Source: Eledone cirrhosa
Taxonomy: Eukaryota
DNA length: 64,000 nucleotides
Direction of reading: 5' to 3'
NCBI GenBank assembly: GCA_964016885.1
Contig: OZ024756.1
Span: forward strand, 15,872,001-15,936,000
Position numbers and translations under genes: made by a program. Under the pieces are notes generated by a model that saw only the letters and a program-made list of their open reading frames with translations, did no database searches and was not told the origin of the DNA. Shown here in pieces: positions 12,650 through 25,672 of this stretch (positions are counted from its first letter, which is position 1; the number at the start of each line of letters is the position of its first letter).

Positions 12650-12796
12650 GTAAAATGTCACCAATACTGGCCAACAGGCTCCAAACTTGGCTGTGAAGAT
12701 TTGACATTTTCTGATTCTGGTTTTAAAGTGGTTCTATTAAAGGAGGAGGAAAATGAAAACTATATTGTGCGGTCCCTAAAGTTGTTGAACTTTAAT
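12650..12796 (+). CDS. PTPN2: PTP exon C (VKCHQYWPTGSKLGCEDLTFSDSGFKVVLLKEEENENYIVRSLKLLNFN)
   Basis: ccaccag|GTA and AAT|gtaagt; 147 nt, phase 0-0; KCxQYWP motif. Confidence 0.93.
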
Positions 12797-12804
12797 GTAA
12801 GTAC

Positions 12805-13405
12805 TGTAACATACATACTCCCTTCTCAACACTATATTATTTGACCCCTAAAGTGTGACCCTAATATAATTGTAACATACCCCCTTCTCAACACTATATT
12901 ATTTGACCCTTAAAGTTGTGACTCTAATATAATTGTAACATAGCCCCTTCTCAACACTATATTATTTGACCCTTAAAGTGTGACCCTAATATAATTGTAA
13001 CATACCCCCTTCTCAACACTATATTATTTGACCCTTAAAGTTGTGACTCTAATATAATTGTAACATAGCCCCTTCTCAACACTCTAAAGTTGTGACCCTA
13101 ATATAATTGTAACATACCCCCTTCTCAACACTATATTATTTGACCCTTAAAGTTGTAACCCTAATATAATTGTAACATACCCCCTTCTCAACACTATATT
13201 ATTTGACCCTTAAAGTTGTGACCCTAATATAATTGTAACATACCTCCTTCTCAACACTATATTATTTGACCCCTAAAGTTGTGACCCTAATATAATTGTA
13301 ACATACCTCCTTCTCAACACTATATTATTTGACCCCTAAAGTTGTGACCCTAATATAATTGTAACATACCTCCTTCTCAACACTATATTATTTGACCCCT
13401 AAAGT
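12805..13405. repeat. ~61-bp minisatellite, about 10 copies, derived from the exon C 3' junction
   Basis: Unit cactatattatttgacccctaaagttgtgaccctaatataattgtaacatacccccttctcaa. Confidence 0.9.
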
Positions 13406-13444
13406 TTGCAATCCCATAAATTGATTGTGTATCATCGCCACCAC

Positions 13445-13480
<36 letters not shown>

Positions 13481-14532
13481 TTTACGTCCGTTTTTCCCTG
13501 CTTGCAAGGGTGAGACGGGTCCTATTCAGCACAGCATCTCTCCACTTGTCGCGGTCCTTCGTCATCTCCTCCGTGAGCTTCAGTGATCTGAGGTCTGCTC
13601 TCATCACCACCTCCGCCCATGTTTTTCATGGTCTTCCTCTACTGCGTCTTCCTTCTACTGGCATTTCTTGGCACTTCTTTACCCAGCAGTCATCCTCCAT
13701 GCGCATCACATGTCCATACCATCTCAGTCTTCTCTCCCACACACTATAGCCTATCCCTCTTATACCCAGTTTCTCTCTCCACTCATCCATGCTTAGTTGT
13801 TCACACACATTGACACTACATATCCAACGGAGCAACACTTGCTTCATTCTTCCAGCCGTCACATACCCTCTGCACTTGCTGCCCATGTTTCACTACCATG
13901 CAGTATCGCGCATCTCACACAGGCATCATATAACCGGCCTTTCATATGCAGGGAGAAACTCTTCTTTGTCAACAGAGGAAGCAGCTCCTTAAACTTCTTC
14001 CAACCCGTCCTTATTCATTCTAGATACAATGGCCTCGGAAGGCCCCCCCCACCCCCACCCCCTCCCATGCTAATCTGATCACCTAAGTACCGAAAGCTAT
14101 CAACCACTTCTATAGCACCTACATCATCATCATCATCATCATCATCTGCATTTGAAAAATGTGTCTATCAATGCGACTTCTACTGTCTAATTTCCCTGTA
14201 CATCTACTGCATACATAGTTCTCCCTACCTGTTGGTTTGCCTGTTATCCCACTACATCTCTTGTGTACCCAGGATCTGCATTGTGTACATTTTATAGAAT
14301 TTATGCCAGCTCCTTTTCTACATATCGAACGTGGCCATTTCCCTGATGGAATCAGTTTTGTCCTCTTTTCTACTTATCAACACTTTAGTCTTAGCTAGGT
14401 TCACTCTCAGTCCTCTTGATTCCAACTGCTGTTTCCATAGCCAGAATTTATTCTCTAGCTTCTCTACTAATTCTGCTATAAGAACCAGATCGTCAACATA
14501 GAGAAGTTCCCATGGGCAGCCAGTCTTAAACT
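13481..14532 (-). mobile_element. RTE-clade LINE 3' fragment, same subfamily as 4265-5825
   Basis: High similarity to 4270-5272; (CAT)n tail at 13446-13481. Confidence 0.9.
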
Positions 14533-15167
14533 AATCATATATATATAATTGGTTAAATAAGACTGTTGGAGGTTAATTATTAATCTGTTTAACGAGGGTG
14601 GTTGACTGGCATTGGACAATTGCTTAGCAGTAAATGTTTCAGGTTTTTATTTTTTCTAATCCTTCTGATTCTGATAATATAAAAGTACCAGTTGCGTGCT
14701 GGGGGGGGGGGGGGGGGGGGGGGGGTGAATATAATCAACTTGACCTTCCTCTTCGAAATTACTGGCCTTGAGCCTAAAATAGAAATCAGTGTTAATCTGT
14801 TTAATGTTAATCAGGTTTATATATATTTATATCTGTCAACAGGTGTCAGGTTACAGGAGGGGTTGGAGAAGGGGAAGAGGAATATTGATTTAGCTGCATG
14901 AAAGAAAGACTTGTTTGATGTTTCAACTGCTTCTCTGTTTGTTAATTGCTGGAGTGTGGCCACTGCCTTATCTGATAGGGACCCCAGTCCTATCATCTCA
15001 TTTCTACAGCTGAGTAAACTGGAGCAATAAAGTGTCTTGCTCAAGGAAACAACACATCACCCGGTCTGAGAATTGAACTCACAACCTTTCGATTGCAAGC
15101 CCAATGCTCTAACCACTTAGTCCTATATTTTAAGTTATATATCTAATTCTGCTATTGTATTTTTCAG

Positions 15168-15377
15168 ACAGATGAGTCTCGCAATGTGCTACATTTCCAG
15201 TACACCACATGGCCAGATTTTGGGGTTCCATCTTCACCACATACTTTTTTAAATTTCTTGATGGCTGTTCGAGAATCTGGCTATCTAAGTAATGACGTTG
15301 GTCCCAGTATAGTTCATTGCAGTGCTGGAATTGGTCGGTCTGGAACGTTCTGTTTGGTTGACTCAGCCCTTGTAATT
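15168..15377 (+). CDS. PTPN2: PTP exon D, WPD loop and catalytic P-loop ([21 protein letters not shown]...[22 protein letters not shown])
   Basis: ttttcag|ACA and ATT|gtaagt; 210 nt; intact WPDFGVP and [10 protein letters not shown]. Confidence 0.97.
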
Positions 15378-15469
15378 GTAAGTCTACCATACCTCCATTA
15401 CATAAATATATACTTACAGACGAAATTGTTTTCTGGTCTTTGTTTTACTTTTTTTTTTTACTATTTATT

Positions 15470-15950
15470 GAGTTTAAATGTTGCTGAGGTTGACTTTGCC
15501 TTTCGTCCTTCCTAGGAGTTGATAAAATAAAGTACCAGTAACGTACTGTGATCGATTTAATCGACTTTCCTCTCACCTTCAAATTGCTGGCCTTGTGCCT
15601 AAAGTAGAAACATTTAAAGGCGGTGGATTGGCAGTATCGGTAGAAGGTTGGACGCCATGCTTTGACGCATAGTTACGGCCCTTGACCATTCTGAGTTCAA
15701 ATCCCGCCGAAGTTAACTTTGCCTTTCATCTTTACGTGGTCGATAAAATACAGTACCAGTAATGCACTGGGGTAATTTCTGGCCTTGTGCCAAAAGTAGA
15801 AACCATTACTACTTTACCCAAAATAAAGGATTGCCAGTATCGGTAGAGGGTCGGACGCCATGCTTTCCAGCAAAGAGTTGCGGCCCTTGCCATTCTAATT
15901 GCTGGCCTTGTGCCAAAAGTAGGAACATGTTGTTATTATTTTACCCAAAA
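15470..15950 (+). mobile_element. tRNA-derived SINE family B, tandem partial copies
   Basis: tggcagtatcggtag (A box), gagttcaaatcc (B box), gcctttcatccttacggggtcgataaaataaagtaccag central domain. Also near 14580-14790, 16955-17255, 20255-20465, 25755-25995(-), 45700-46240 and 52268-52555. Confidence 0.85.
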
Positions 15951-16003
15951 TATTTCCTCTTGAATCTGACATTTTGTGTTTCTGCCAAATATTTTCTGTC
16001 CAG

Positions 16004-16186
16004 GTGGAGAAAGAATGGAACATGGATGTGATTGATGTTGAAAGTATGTTACAAGATATGCGGTACTACCGTATGGGGCTGGTCCAAACCCCAGACCAAC
16101 TCCGCTTCTCTTTCCTCTCCATTATCGATGGCGGCAAACAGATCCTTAGCAACCCTCCTCCCGTAACACAGGAAGAAATTGACACC
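16004..16186 (+). CDS. PTPN2: PTP exon E, Q-loop (VEKEWNMDVIDVESMLQDMRYYRMGLVQTPDQLRFSFLSIIDGGKQILSNPPPVTQEEIDT)
   Basis: ctgtccag|GTG and ACC|gtaagt; 183 nt; RMGLVQTPDQLRF is the PTP1B/TC-PTP-type Q-loop. Confidence 0.95.
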
Positions 16187-16207
16187 GTAAGTTTCTCTTT
16201 GTTAACC

Positions 16208-16274
16208 CCACACTCACACACACACATATATATATATATATATACACTCACATGCTCACACACACAGAGACACT

Positions 16275-16314
<40 letters not shown>

Positions 16315-16344
16315 CACTCACATGCTCACACACACAGAGACACT

Positions 16345-16384
<40 letters not shown>

Positions 16385-16412
16385 CACTCACATGCTCACA
16401 CACACAGACACT

Positions 16413-16444
<32 letters not shown>

Positions 16445-16474
16445 CTCACATGCTCACACACATATGCTCTGATA

Positions 16475-16540
<66 letters not shown>

Positions 16541-16835
16541 CACTCACATGCTCACACATATATATATACACTCACATGCTCACACATACAGACACTCACA
16601 CACACACACACATATATATATATACACACTCACATGCTCACAAACATACGCTCTACCACACACACATATATATACTCACATGCTCACACACATACGCTCT
16701 ACCACAGACACTCACACACACTCATACACATATATATATATATATATACTCACATGCTCACACACATATGCTCTGACACACACACGCACATACACACACA
16801 TACAGACACTGACACACACACACTCACAGACACAG
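16208..16835. repeat. (CA)/(TA) compound minisatellite with cactcacatgctcaca core
   Basis: Direct inspection. Confidence 0.9.
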
Positions 16836-18708
16836 ATTTATTACAGGTATAATTAATTATTTACAGGTAAAATCCGTAAAAATAGGAAAAAAAATTTGAG
16901 TCAATAAATGCGATACGTTGTAGAAACCTAGAGAGCACCTGGATAGTAATGTACCATTAATCCTGCCGAGGTTAACTTTGCCTTTCATCCTTACGGGGGT
17001 CGATGAAATAAAGTACCAGTAATGCACTGGGGTAATTGCTGGCCTTGTGCCTAAAAGTAGAAACAATTATTCAGTATCGTTGGACAACAAACTTTGCAGC
17101 TTGGTTACCTCCCTTTACGTTTGAAGTTCAAAACTCGTTGAAGTTAACTTTGCCTTTCATCCTTACAGGGTTGATAAAATAAAGTACCAGTAATGCACTA
17201 GGGTTGATTTAATCGACCCCCTCGCCCAAATTGCTGGCCTTGTGCCTATAGTAAAAAAGGAGAATGTAAAATGGATGTAAAATGATGATGATATATATAT
17301 CATCATCATCATCATTTTGCGTCTGCTTTTCCCTGCTTGCAAGGGTGGAATGGCAACTGATTCTGGCTTGATTTCTACAGCTGGATGCCCTTCCTAACAC
17401 CAACCTCATTTACAGTGAGTGCTGGGTGCTTTTTTGCCGTGGCACCTCCACGACCACTTTACAGCTGAGTAAACTGGAGCAATGTGAAATAAAGTGTCTT
17501 GCTCAAGGAAACAACACATCACCCGGTCTGGGGAATTGAACTCACAACCTTTCGATTGCAAGGCCAATGCTCTAACCACTAAGCCATGTGCCTCCATGCC
17601 TATAGTAGATATTATTATTATATTGGTATTGTCATACTGCTATTCAAGGTTGATTAACTAATTAATTAATTGTGAAAGTTATTTTTGTTACAACTTGATA
17701 CCTTATTGTTGTCTCCTGCCCTTTGTGTCTCTTCTTTCACACCTCTCTCTCTCTCTCAACCTTTAACATGCTAGTAATTTTGATGAGTTGTTTCCCTTTA
17801 CACTGCATTATCTATCAAGGGCAGATTACTCTATGGTGCATTTTGTTGCCTCCGGTGCTCTGAATGTTAATTATCACAGTTTACCATCTATTTTCCATCC
17901 CTGCAAGCGTCCGACTAGTTTTCCCAGTTGAGGTGATTCACGTGACCATATACTCCATTTTTGGTTTGGTTTGGTTTTCTGCAACTGGTTGCCCATCCTA
18001 ACACCAACCACTTTACAGCATATACTGAGAGCTTTTCTAGTGGCACCAGCATTTCCACCTTACAGGGTGGACTAGGTGCTTTTTATCACATATATATATA
18101 AAATATATATATGTGTGTGTGTGTTATAGACATCACAGATTCTTTATGACATGCACTCTGCGAAGTTCATTGAAATATATAAGCGAGATGGATGCATTCT
18201 TTGGCTGGTTAGAAAACTTAGTAACTCTGATAAAAGTCCCGAATTGGTTTATGACAACCCGTCCAATGCATGCCAGCAAGGAAAATGAATGTTGAATGAA
18301 ATATATATATGAGGAAAATTAACAAAAACAAGACAATGAACGAAAACGAGGAAGAACAAAAAATTTCTTTTGAAAATAAAAAGACAAATGAAAGACAGAA
18401 CTCCAAGGTCTTCAGCTGATGAGATGAACTTTTGCAGTTTCGACTCCTACCAATGGTACTGCTTCGACTCCTACCAATGGTACTGCTTCTGACACAAGCC
18501 AAAGCGCTGTCTGTGGAGTAAAAGAAAAGACAAAACAATAACTTATAACTATTAAGCCATATATATATTTATTCAATTGAAGAAAGTTGGTTGATTAAAA
18601 ATCTGCCAACTTATTCTTTAACAGATGTGAAACACTCCACGGTTTTTGTTCATCTGGAGTTTTATTACTATAAATAAGAGACAGTTTTATTCGTACATCC
18701 CTATTTTA

Positions 18709-18778
18709 TTCGTTATACGTATTTCGAAGATATAAGGTAGTTATTATATAACTACCCTACACGTTTTCTTCAGACAAA
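18709..18778 (-). ncRNA. Type I hammerhead ribozyme motif
   Basis: tttgt-CTGAAGA-stem II (ggtagtta/taactacc)-GAAA-tacgta-TA-acgaa. Confidence 0.75.
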
Positions 18779-18897
18779 CATAGAAACGAGATGTAATTTT
18801 CCATTGATATGTTACCAGTCGGACGTGTTATTCACCTCGCCGTGTTGGTCGGGGAGGTGAATAACACGTCCGACTGGAAAATTGCATCTTGCTTATG

Positions 18898-18967
18898 TTT
18901 ATCTGAAGAGGACGTGTAAGGGAGTCATTATATAACTACCTTACATCTTCGAAATACGTATAACGAA
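18898..18967 (+). ncRNA. Type I hammerhead ribozyme motif (sense; one stem I mismatch)
   Basis: tttat-CTGAAGA-ggacgtgtaagg...ccttacatcttc-GAAA-tacgta-TA-acgaa. Confidence 0.7.
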
Positions 18968-19095
18968 TAAAATAGAGATGTACGAATAAAACTGTCTCTC
19001 TTATTTATATTTATTATATATAGTTCAAGGAGACAACACAGGTACAAAAAGTCTTATTAGTTTTACGCTTTATATTGGAAAGAGGAAAGTTCGAC

Positions 19096-19130
<35 letters not shown>

Positions 19131-20652
19131 ATGCTTGGGTGTTGATTATTAGGTATAAAAAACATTTCCTATTTTAGTGAGAGCATTTCAACACCTCTTA
19201 ACATCAGTTTTCTGCCAGCTCATGTTGGGTGGGGTCGTTACAGAGTTAGTATTTAATCACAGCTACTGACCCTTAATAATACATTTTATTAAAAACGTCT
19301 TACCTTCTTATCTTGTGGAACACTTGTAGTTCTTCAGAATCCACTTTAGGGAACCCCAATTTGGTGTGTTCTAAGCTCTTCATTAAGAGATATGATATCA
19401 GCTACACTAAACCAAAACTTCAGAATGACGTTTGTTCTCAAGGGGGCATAATTCAGTGATTCTACATTGTCTGGTTTGTGAGTCTCTTGTTATTTCCCTT
19501 GTTATTATTAGTCACTGGTTTATCTATTGATGTGATGTGGGATGTTTTAAACAGTCATCAGATATATGGTTGTATTTAAGTATGGTAAATATTTCTGATG
19601 TTACTTCTTTTAGAAATATAACAACACTAGTTCACCTTAACCCTTTCAGTGCCGAACTGCCTTAAATTTCACCTGATACAAAGCTGTTTTAAATGTTTGC
19701 ATTTATCTAAAAGAACATTTTACTTAATTTTATGGAAAACCCTTACGTTATGTTCCAAACAGCAACTTAAAAATGATAGTTACATTACCTCTAAATTCTT
19801 GATAATTTTCAAAATGATTTGAAAATTATAGTGTGTTTTTCATTTGAAATATGTTAACGAAAGCGTTAAACTCTTCATATTTATCTAAAAAACAAGAACC
19901 TTTGTTAAGTTATGTTCCAACCCAATAATGAGAATGTTAGTTATATTACTAAATTCTTCAATTATTCTATGAAGATCCTAGCAAAGTCGAAATATTGTTT
20001 CCATTGCATGGGTCTGTTTGCATGGTTTTCTTTGTCAATTTCTTCCAATTCTTATGGAATTTCTCCCTTGATGTCTCGGAATTTATGCTTATTTCTAAAG
20101 AGAAAAGCTTCCAAGAATGTATATTCTTTCAGTTTTGTCTAACTGAAAAAACAAAAACAAAAAAAAACCCAACTAATTGCTGTATTTTTCATATGACACA
20201 CAGTTATTTTAGATAAGACATTTGGGGAAAAGTTGATTTTTATTATTGGGTGATGGATTGGGAGAATTGGTAAAGCTTTGGATAAGATGTCCTTACAGTA
20301 TTTGTTTCAGTTCTTTAAGTTCTGAGTTCAAATCCCGTTGAGGTCAGCTTTGTGTTTCATCCTTTCAGGTGATCAATAAAGTACCAGTTAAGTACTGGGT
20401 TGATTCAATAGACTCCCCACCATCCCCAAATTTTCTGGCCTTGTACATAACTTAAAAATCATTATTGTTGTTATTCATACCTTCACTGTATAGGATACAG
20501 CCAAATATTTTTGGTTGGGTAAAAATGTGTGTCTTATTCACCGAAAGATATGGTAATGTCTGCAACAGTTCAATCTTGAAATAGTTCTTAGTGTTTGCTT
20601 TTCTGTGTATGAGAATGTGTTGTTTTTGCTATGCTATTGCATATTTTTGCAG

Positions 20653-20679
20653 CATACTAAAAGACTGTTCTTCAAAAGG
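20653..20679 (+). CDS. Candidate 27-nt in-frame microexon (HTKRLFFKR)
   Basis: atatttttgcag|CATACTAAAAGACTGTTCTTCAAAAGG|gtaagt; phase 0-0, matching the exon E-F intron; no stop; lies in non-repetitive sequence. Confidence 0.5.
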
Positions 20680-21366
20680 GTAAGTTTAGTATTTTCTCTG
20701 TCAAGTTTGCTCACCAAGCTTGGTCCACTTCTGTTGATTCTGGCACAGGTTCACATTCACACATTGCTACAGACTGGGCTGTTTCTCTTTCATTTTCTGG
20801 CTCAAGTTCATCATAATATCAACTGCAACCATTTAGAAATGTTTAAGTTGATGATACACACCAAATACAAGAGGAATGAGATATTGCATATAAGAAAGAG
20901 AAGACTGCTGATACAGTATTTAGCTAGATGGATTGTAAATGGCTAGCTTCATTAAACTTCATCTATATTTATTCTAAGCTAGAGTGGCCTTATTGATACA
21001 AAGAGCCAAAGAATACTGTTACTTGCTTAAATATCCATCACATATTATAGATAGCTTAGTAGTTAAAGCATTGGGCTTATAATCGTTAGGTTGTGAGTTC
21101 AATTCTCGGACTTGGCTTTCCATTGAGTTCTTGAGCAAGATACTTTATTTCATGTTGTTCCAGTTCACTCAGCTGTAGAAATGAGTTGTGATGTGGAGAG
21201 GGGAGACTGGTGTGCATGGACGACTGTTGGTCTTTACTTTATACTCCTTTAGGGGAGATATGGACTGACATGGAATAAAAAAAAAATTGAAATAAAGGCA
21301 TACTATTGTGATTATTGCTCAGCAACGATGGGCTACACAGCTATTACGTATATATATATATATATA

Positions 21367-21617
21367 TATCGTGTAGGTGTCACGACAAAAAAACATACAG
21401 TCCACGCTGTAATGTGACCGTGTAGGCAACACGGTAAAAACCTCCCAGTCCCACACTGTAAATGTGGTTGGTGTTAGGAAGGGCATCCAGCTGTAGAAAA
21501 CCCGCCAGACAGTCCTATGCGAGCAAGACAACCACTCTTGCCTCAAGTGGGGAAAACCCCCGTCCAAACCCATGCAAGCGTGGAACAGGGACGTTAAACG
21601 ATGATGATGATGATGAT
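21367..21617 (+). mobile_element. SINE/RTE-tail family C
   Basis: Near-identical to 62680-62930; reverse tail at 29625-29723; ends gcaagcgtggaac...acgttaaac(GAT)n. Confidence 0.75.
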
Positions 21618-21929
21618 GTGCATGTATGATATATATGAGGAAAAGAAATTGAAAATGCAACTGGAGTCTTTTAAGAATATTTATCTATTTATTTTACCAG
21701 TTTCACAGGTCTTATCATTTTTGAAAAATTTAGATAAAGGGTTTCTGTTTTTGTTCTGGTTTGTTTTGCATCTAATTGGAGTTCGAAAATTCTTTGTTTT
21801 ATACAAAAAAAAGTGGCTCAGATTGCTGTTTGTTTGATGCCAGTCAACTGATTAGCTGCAGTAATTTTCGCACCAGAAAAAGTGACTCAAAGTTGCTATT
21901 TGCCATTTTATTTGTTGGTGACAGTCAGA

Positions 21930-21981
<52 letters not shown>

Positions 21982-22347
21982 TATTGTAAGTTGTCATCTT
22001 GTCCTGTTGTGTTGCAATCTCTGGTGCATTGGAGGGATTGTTCATGTTTTTAATTCACTGAAATCACGGTGATCTCCAGTAGATAGCTGAGAACAAAGGG
22101 ATGTGCCTGTATTTTCTGCTGCCCATGTCGTGTGTTCCAATTTTGAATTACATATAGATTTGTTTTACCCAACAGATGCCTGCCTTGATATATATATATA
22201 TATATATATATAAAAAGTATGTTAACTTATTGTAAGCTACTAGACGTTTAACTATAAAATAGTCAAACAAGTTTGTTATAATAATCTTTGAAAACAGAGA
22301 GAGAAAACTAGGCAGTCATGTGCAGGTATAGTAATGTGTTATCTCTA

Positions 22348-24093
22348 CAGGAATAGCAGGATGGTGGAATATAGTGAAACAGTGTTGGTACTGTAGTAGC
22401 AGGATGGTGGAATATAGTGAAACAGTGTTGGTACTGTAGTAGCAGGATGGTGGAATATAGTGAAACAGTGTTGGTACTGTAGTAGCAGGATGGTGGAATA
22501 TAGTGAAACAGTGTTGGTACTGTAGTAGCAGGATGGTGGAATATAGTGAAACGGTGTTGGTACTGTAGTAGCAGGATGGTGGAATATAGTGAAACAGTGT
22601 TGGTACTGTAGTAGCAGGATGGTGGAATATAGTGAAACGGTGTTGGTACTGTAGTAGCAGGATGGTGGAATATAGTGAAACAGTGTTGGTACTGTAGTAG
22701 CAGGATGGTGGAATATAGTGAAATGGTGTTGGTACTGTAGTAGCAGGATGGTGGAATATAGTGAAACGGTGTTGGTACTGTAGTAGCAGGATGGTGGAAT
22801 ATAGTGAAACAGTGTTGGTACTGTAGTAGCAGGATGGTGGAATATAGTGAAATGGTGTTGGTACTGTAGTAGCAGGATGGTGGAATATAGTGAAACAGTG
22901 TTGGTACTGTAGTAGCAGGATGGTGGAATATAGTGAAACAGTGTTGGTACTGTAGTAGCAGGATGGTGGAATATAGTGAAACAGTGTTGGTACTGTAGTA
23001 GCAGGATGGTGGAATATAGTGAAACAGTGTTGGTACTGTAGTAGCAGGATGGTGGAATATAGTGAAATGGTGTTGGTACTGTAGTAGCAGGATGGTGGAA
23101 TATAGTGAAACAGTGTTGGTACTGTAGTAGCAGGATGGTGGAATATAGTGAAACAGTGTTGGTACTGTAGTAGCAGGGTGGTGGAATATAGTGAAATGGT
23201 GTTGGTACTGTAGTAGCAGGATGGTGGAATATAGTGAAACAGTGTTGGTACTGTAGTAGCAGGATGGTGGAATATAGTGAAACAGTGTTGGTACTGTAGT
23301 AGCAGGGTGGTGGAATATAGTGAAATGGTGTTGGTACTGTAGTAGCAGGATGGTGGAATATAGTGAAACAGTGTTGGTACTGTAGTAGCAGGATGGTGGA
23401 ATATAGTGAAACAGTGTTGGTACTGTAGTAGCAGGATGGTGGAATATAGTGAAATGGTGTTGGTACTGTAGTAGCAGGGTGGTGGAATATAGTGAAACAG
23501 TGTTGGTACTGTAGTAGCAGGATGGTGGAATATAGTGAAACAGTGTTGGTACTGTAGTAGCAGGATGGTGGAATATAGTGAAACAGTGTTGGTACTGTAG
23601 TAGCAGGGTGGTGGAATATAGTGAAATGGTGTTGGTACTGTAGTAGCAGGATGGTGGAATATAGTGAAACAGTGTTGGTACTGTAGTAGCAGGATGGTGG
23701 AATATAGTGAAACAGTGTTGGTACTGTAGTAGCAGGATGGTGGAATATAGTGAAATGGTGTTGGTACTGTAGTAGCAGGATGGTGGAATATAGTGAAATG
23801 GTGTTGGTACTGTAGTAGCAGGATGGTGGAATATAGTGAACAGTGTTGGTACTGTAGTAGCAGGATGGTGGAATATAGTGAAATGGTGTTGGTACTGTAG
23901 TAGCAGGATGGTGGAATATAGTGAAACAGTGTTGGTACTGTAGTAGCAGGATGGTGGAATATAGTGAAATGGTGTTGGTACTGTAGTAGCAGGATGGTGG
24001 AATATAGTGAAACAGTGTTGGTACTGTAGTAGCAGGATGGTGGAATATAGTGAAACAGTGTTGGTACTGTAGTAGCAGGATGGTGGAATATAG
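22348..24093. repeat. 43-bp minisatellite, about 40 copies
   Basis: gtagtagcaggatggtggaatatagtgaaacagtgttggtact; few variants (aca/acg/atg, gat/ggt). Confidence 0.97.
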
Positions 24094-24156
24094 TCAGATG
24101 TTGTCGGTATCATAAGACCACAATACCTACATAGTGCAATGTAGTCAAACATTAAT

Positions 24157-24792
24157 GGTACCAATATAACAGTCTGTCATTGTTGGTACCAATACAATAG
24201 TCTGTCATTGTTGGTACCAATATAACAGTTTGTCATTGTTGGTACCAATATAACAGTCTGTCATTGTTGGTACCAATATAACAGTCTGTCATTTTTGGTA
24301 CCAATACAATAGTCTGTCATTGTTGGTACCAATTCAACAGTCTGTCATTGTTGGTACCAATTCAACAGTCTGTCATTGTTGGTACCAATATAACAGTTTG
24401 TCATTGTTGGTACCAATATAACAGTTTGTCATTGTTGGTACCAATATAACAGTTTGTCATTGTTGGTACCAATATAACAGTTTGTCATTGTTGGTACCAA
24501 TATAACAGTTTGTCATTGTTGGTACCAATACAACAGTCTGTCATTGTTGGTACCAATACAATAGTTTGTCATTGTTGGTACCAATATAACAGTTTGTCAT
24601 TGTTGGTACCAATACAATAGTCTGTCATTGTTGGTACCAATACAATAGTCTGTCATTGTTGGTACCAATACAACAGCCTGTCATTGTTGGTACCAATACA
24701 ACAGCCTGTCATTGTTGGTACCAATACAATAGGTTGTCATTGTTGGTACCAATACAACAGTCTGTCATTGTTGGTACCAATACAATAGTCTG
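24157..24792. repeat. 28-bp minisatellite, about 22 copies
   Basis: ggtaccaatataacagtctgtcattgtt. Confidence 0.97.
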
Positions 24793-25284
24793 GCAACAGC
24801 TTAAAAGTGTTAAAGCAATCTTTATGTAGCTTAAAATAAATTTATGAACTTGGGCCATTCATTGTATGTGTGTGTGTGTGCATCCACCTTACTATCATTT
24901 ATTACTATTATTTTAAACATGTTCCTGCAACAATTTAAGTGACTTTGCAATCAGATCGCTGCACATTTTTTTTATTATGATCACAAAATGTTTTACGTTT
25001 TGAATGAAGAATGAAATGTTTTAGAAGTTTCTGGACGAAATTTCTCATTCTTTCTTTTGTTGTTGTTAATGTTGTCGTTTTTCTTTAAAACACATGTCCA
25101 CTTTTTTCTCCAGATTTGTCATAGTTGATGGGTTGAAATAGTTCAGACTCCATATTGCTATTGCTGCACAATTGAAGCTGTAGATTTTGGGTTCAAATTC
25201 TTGCTGTGCCATGTTGCCTCTGCACATTGAGAATGTAGATTGTAGGTTCAAATGCTTGCTGCACCCTGCCACTGATCCACTAAT

Positions 25285-25672
25285 GAAGCTGTAGATTGTA
25301 GGTTCAAATGCTTAGTGCTCCATGTTATCTCTGCAGAGTTAAAGCTGTAGGTTGTAGATTCAAATGTTCACTGCTCCATGTTATCTCTGCAAAGTTAAAG
25401 CTGTAGGTTGTAGATTCAAATGTTCACTGCTCCATGTTATCTCTGCAGAGTTAAAGCTGTAGGCTGTAGATTCAAATGTTCACTGCTCCATGTTATCTCT
25501 GCAGAGTTAAAGCTGTAGGCTGTAGATTCAAATGTTCACTGCTCCATGTTATCTCTGCAGAGTTAAAGCTGTAGGTTGTAGATTCAAATGTTCACTGCTC
25601 CATGTTATCTCTGCAGAGTTAAAGCTGTAGGCTGTAGATTCAAATGTTCACTGCTCCATGTTATCTCTGCAG
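25285..25672. repeat. 56-bp minisatellite, about 7 copies
   Basis: aaagctgtaggttgtagattcaaatgttcactgctccatgttatctctgcagagtt. Confidence 0.93.

Larger units (their letters stand above)
18669..19096. mobile_element. Fold-back PLE pseudo-LTR pair (18669-18838 / 18854-19009 plus tail) with a hammerhead in each arm
   Basis: Inverted arms with a perfect 24-bp inner stem ccagtcggacgtgttattcacctc; outer arms are more diverged. Confidence 0.8.

Noticed and set aside
11865-12696. Poly-His, poly-Ile and Met/Val ORFs
   Set aside because: Trinucleotide array inside intron B-C; the true exon C begins at 12650 in another frame.
15165-15171. Tandem acceptor CAGACAG at exon D
   Set aside because: The second AG shifts the frame by 4 nt and would destroy the catalytic exon.
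18405-18450. CTGATGA followed by a small stem
   Set aside because: No GAAA, stem III or matching stem I. The 18146-18186 look-alike also lacks a core base.
22308-24164. 618-aa minus-strand ORF and a CRISPR-like regular repeat
   Set aside because: Head-to-tail 43-bp satellite read through three frames; no unique spacers, no cas genes, eukaryotic context.
25090-25128. Strong acceptor giving a short ICHS* terminal exon
   Set aside because: Only an acceptor-like tract; such sites are common in AT-rich introns and nothing else supports it.
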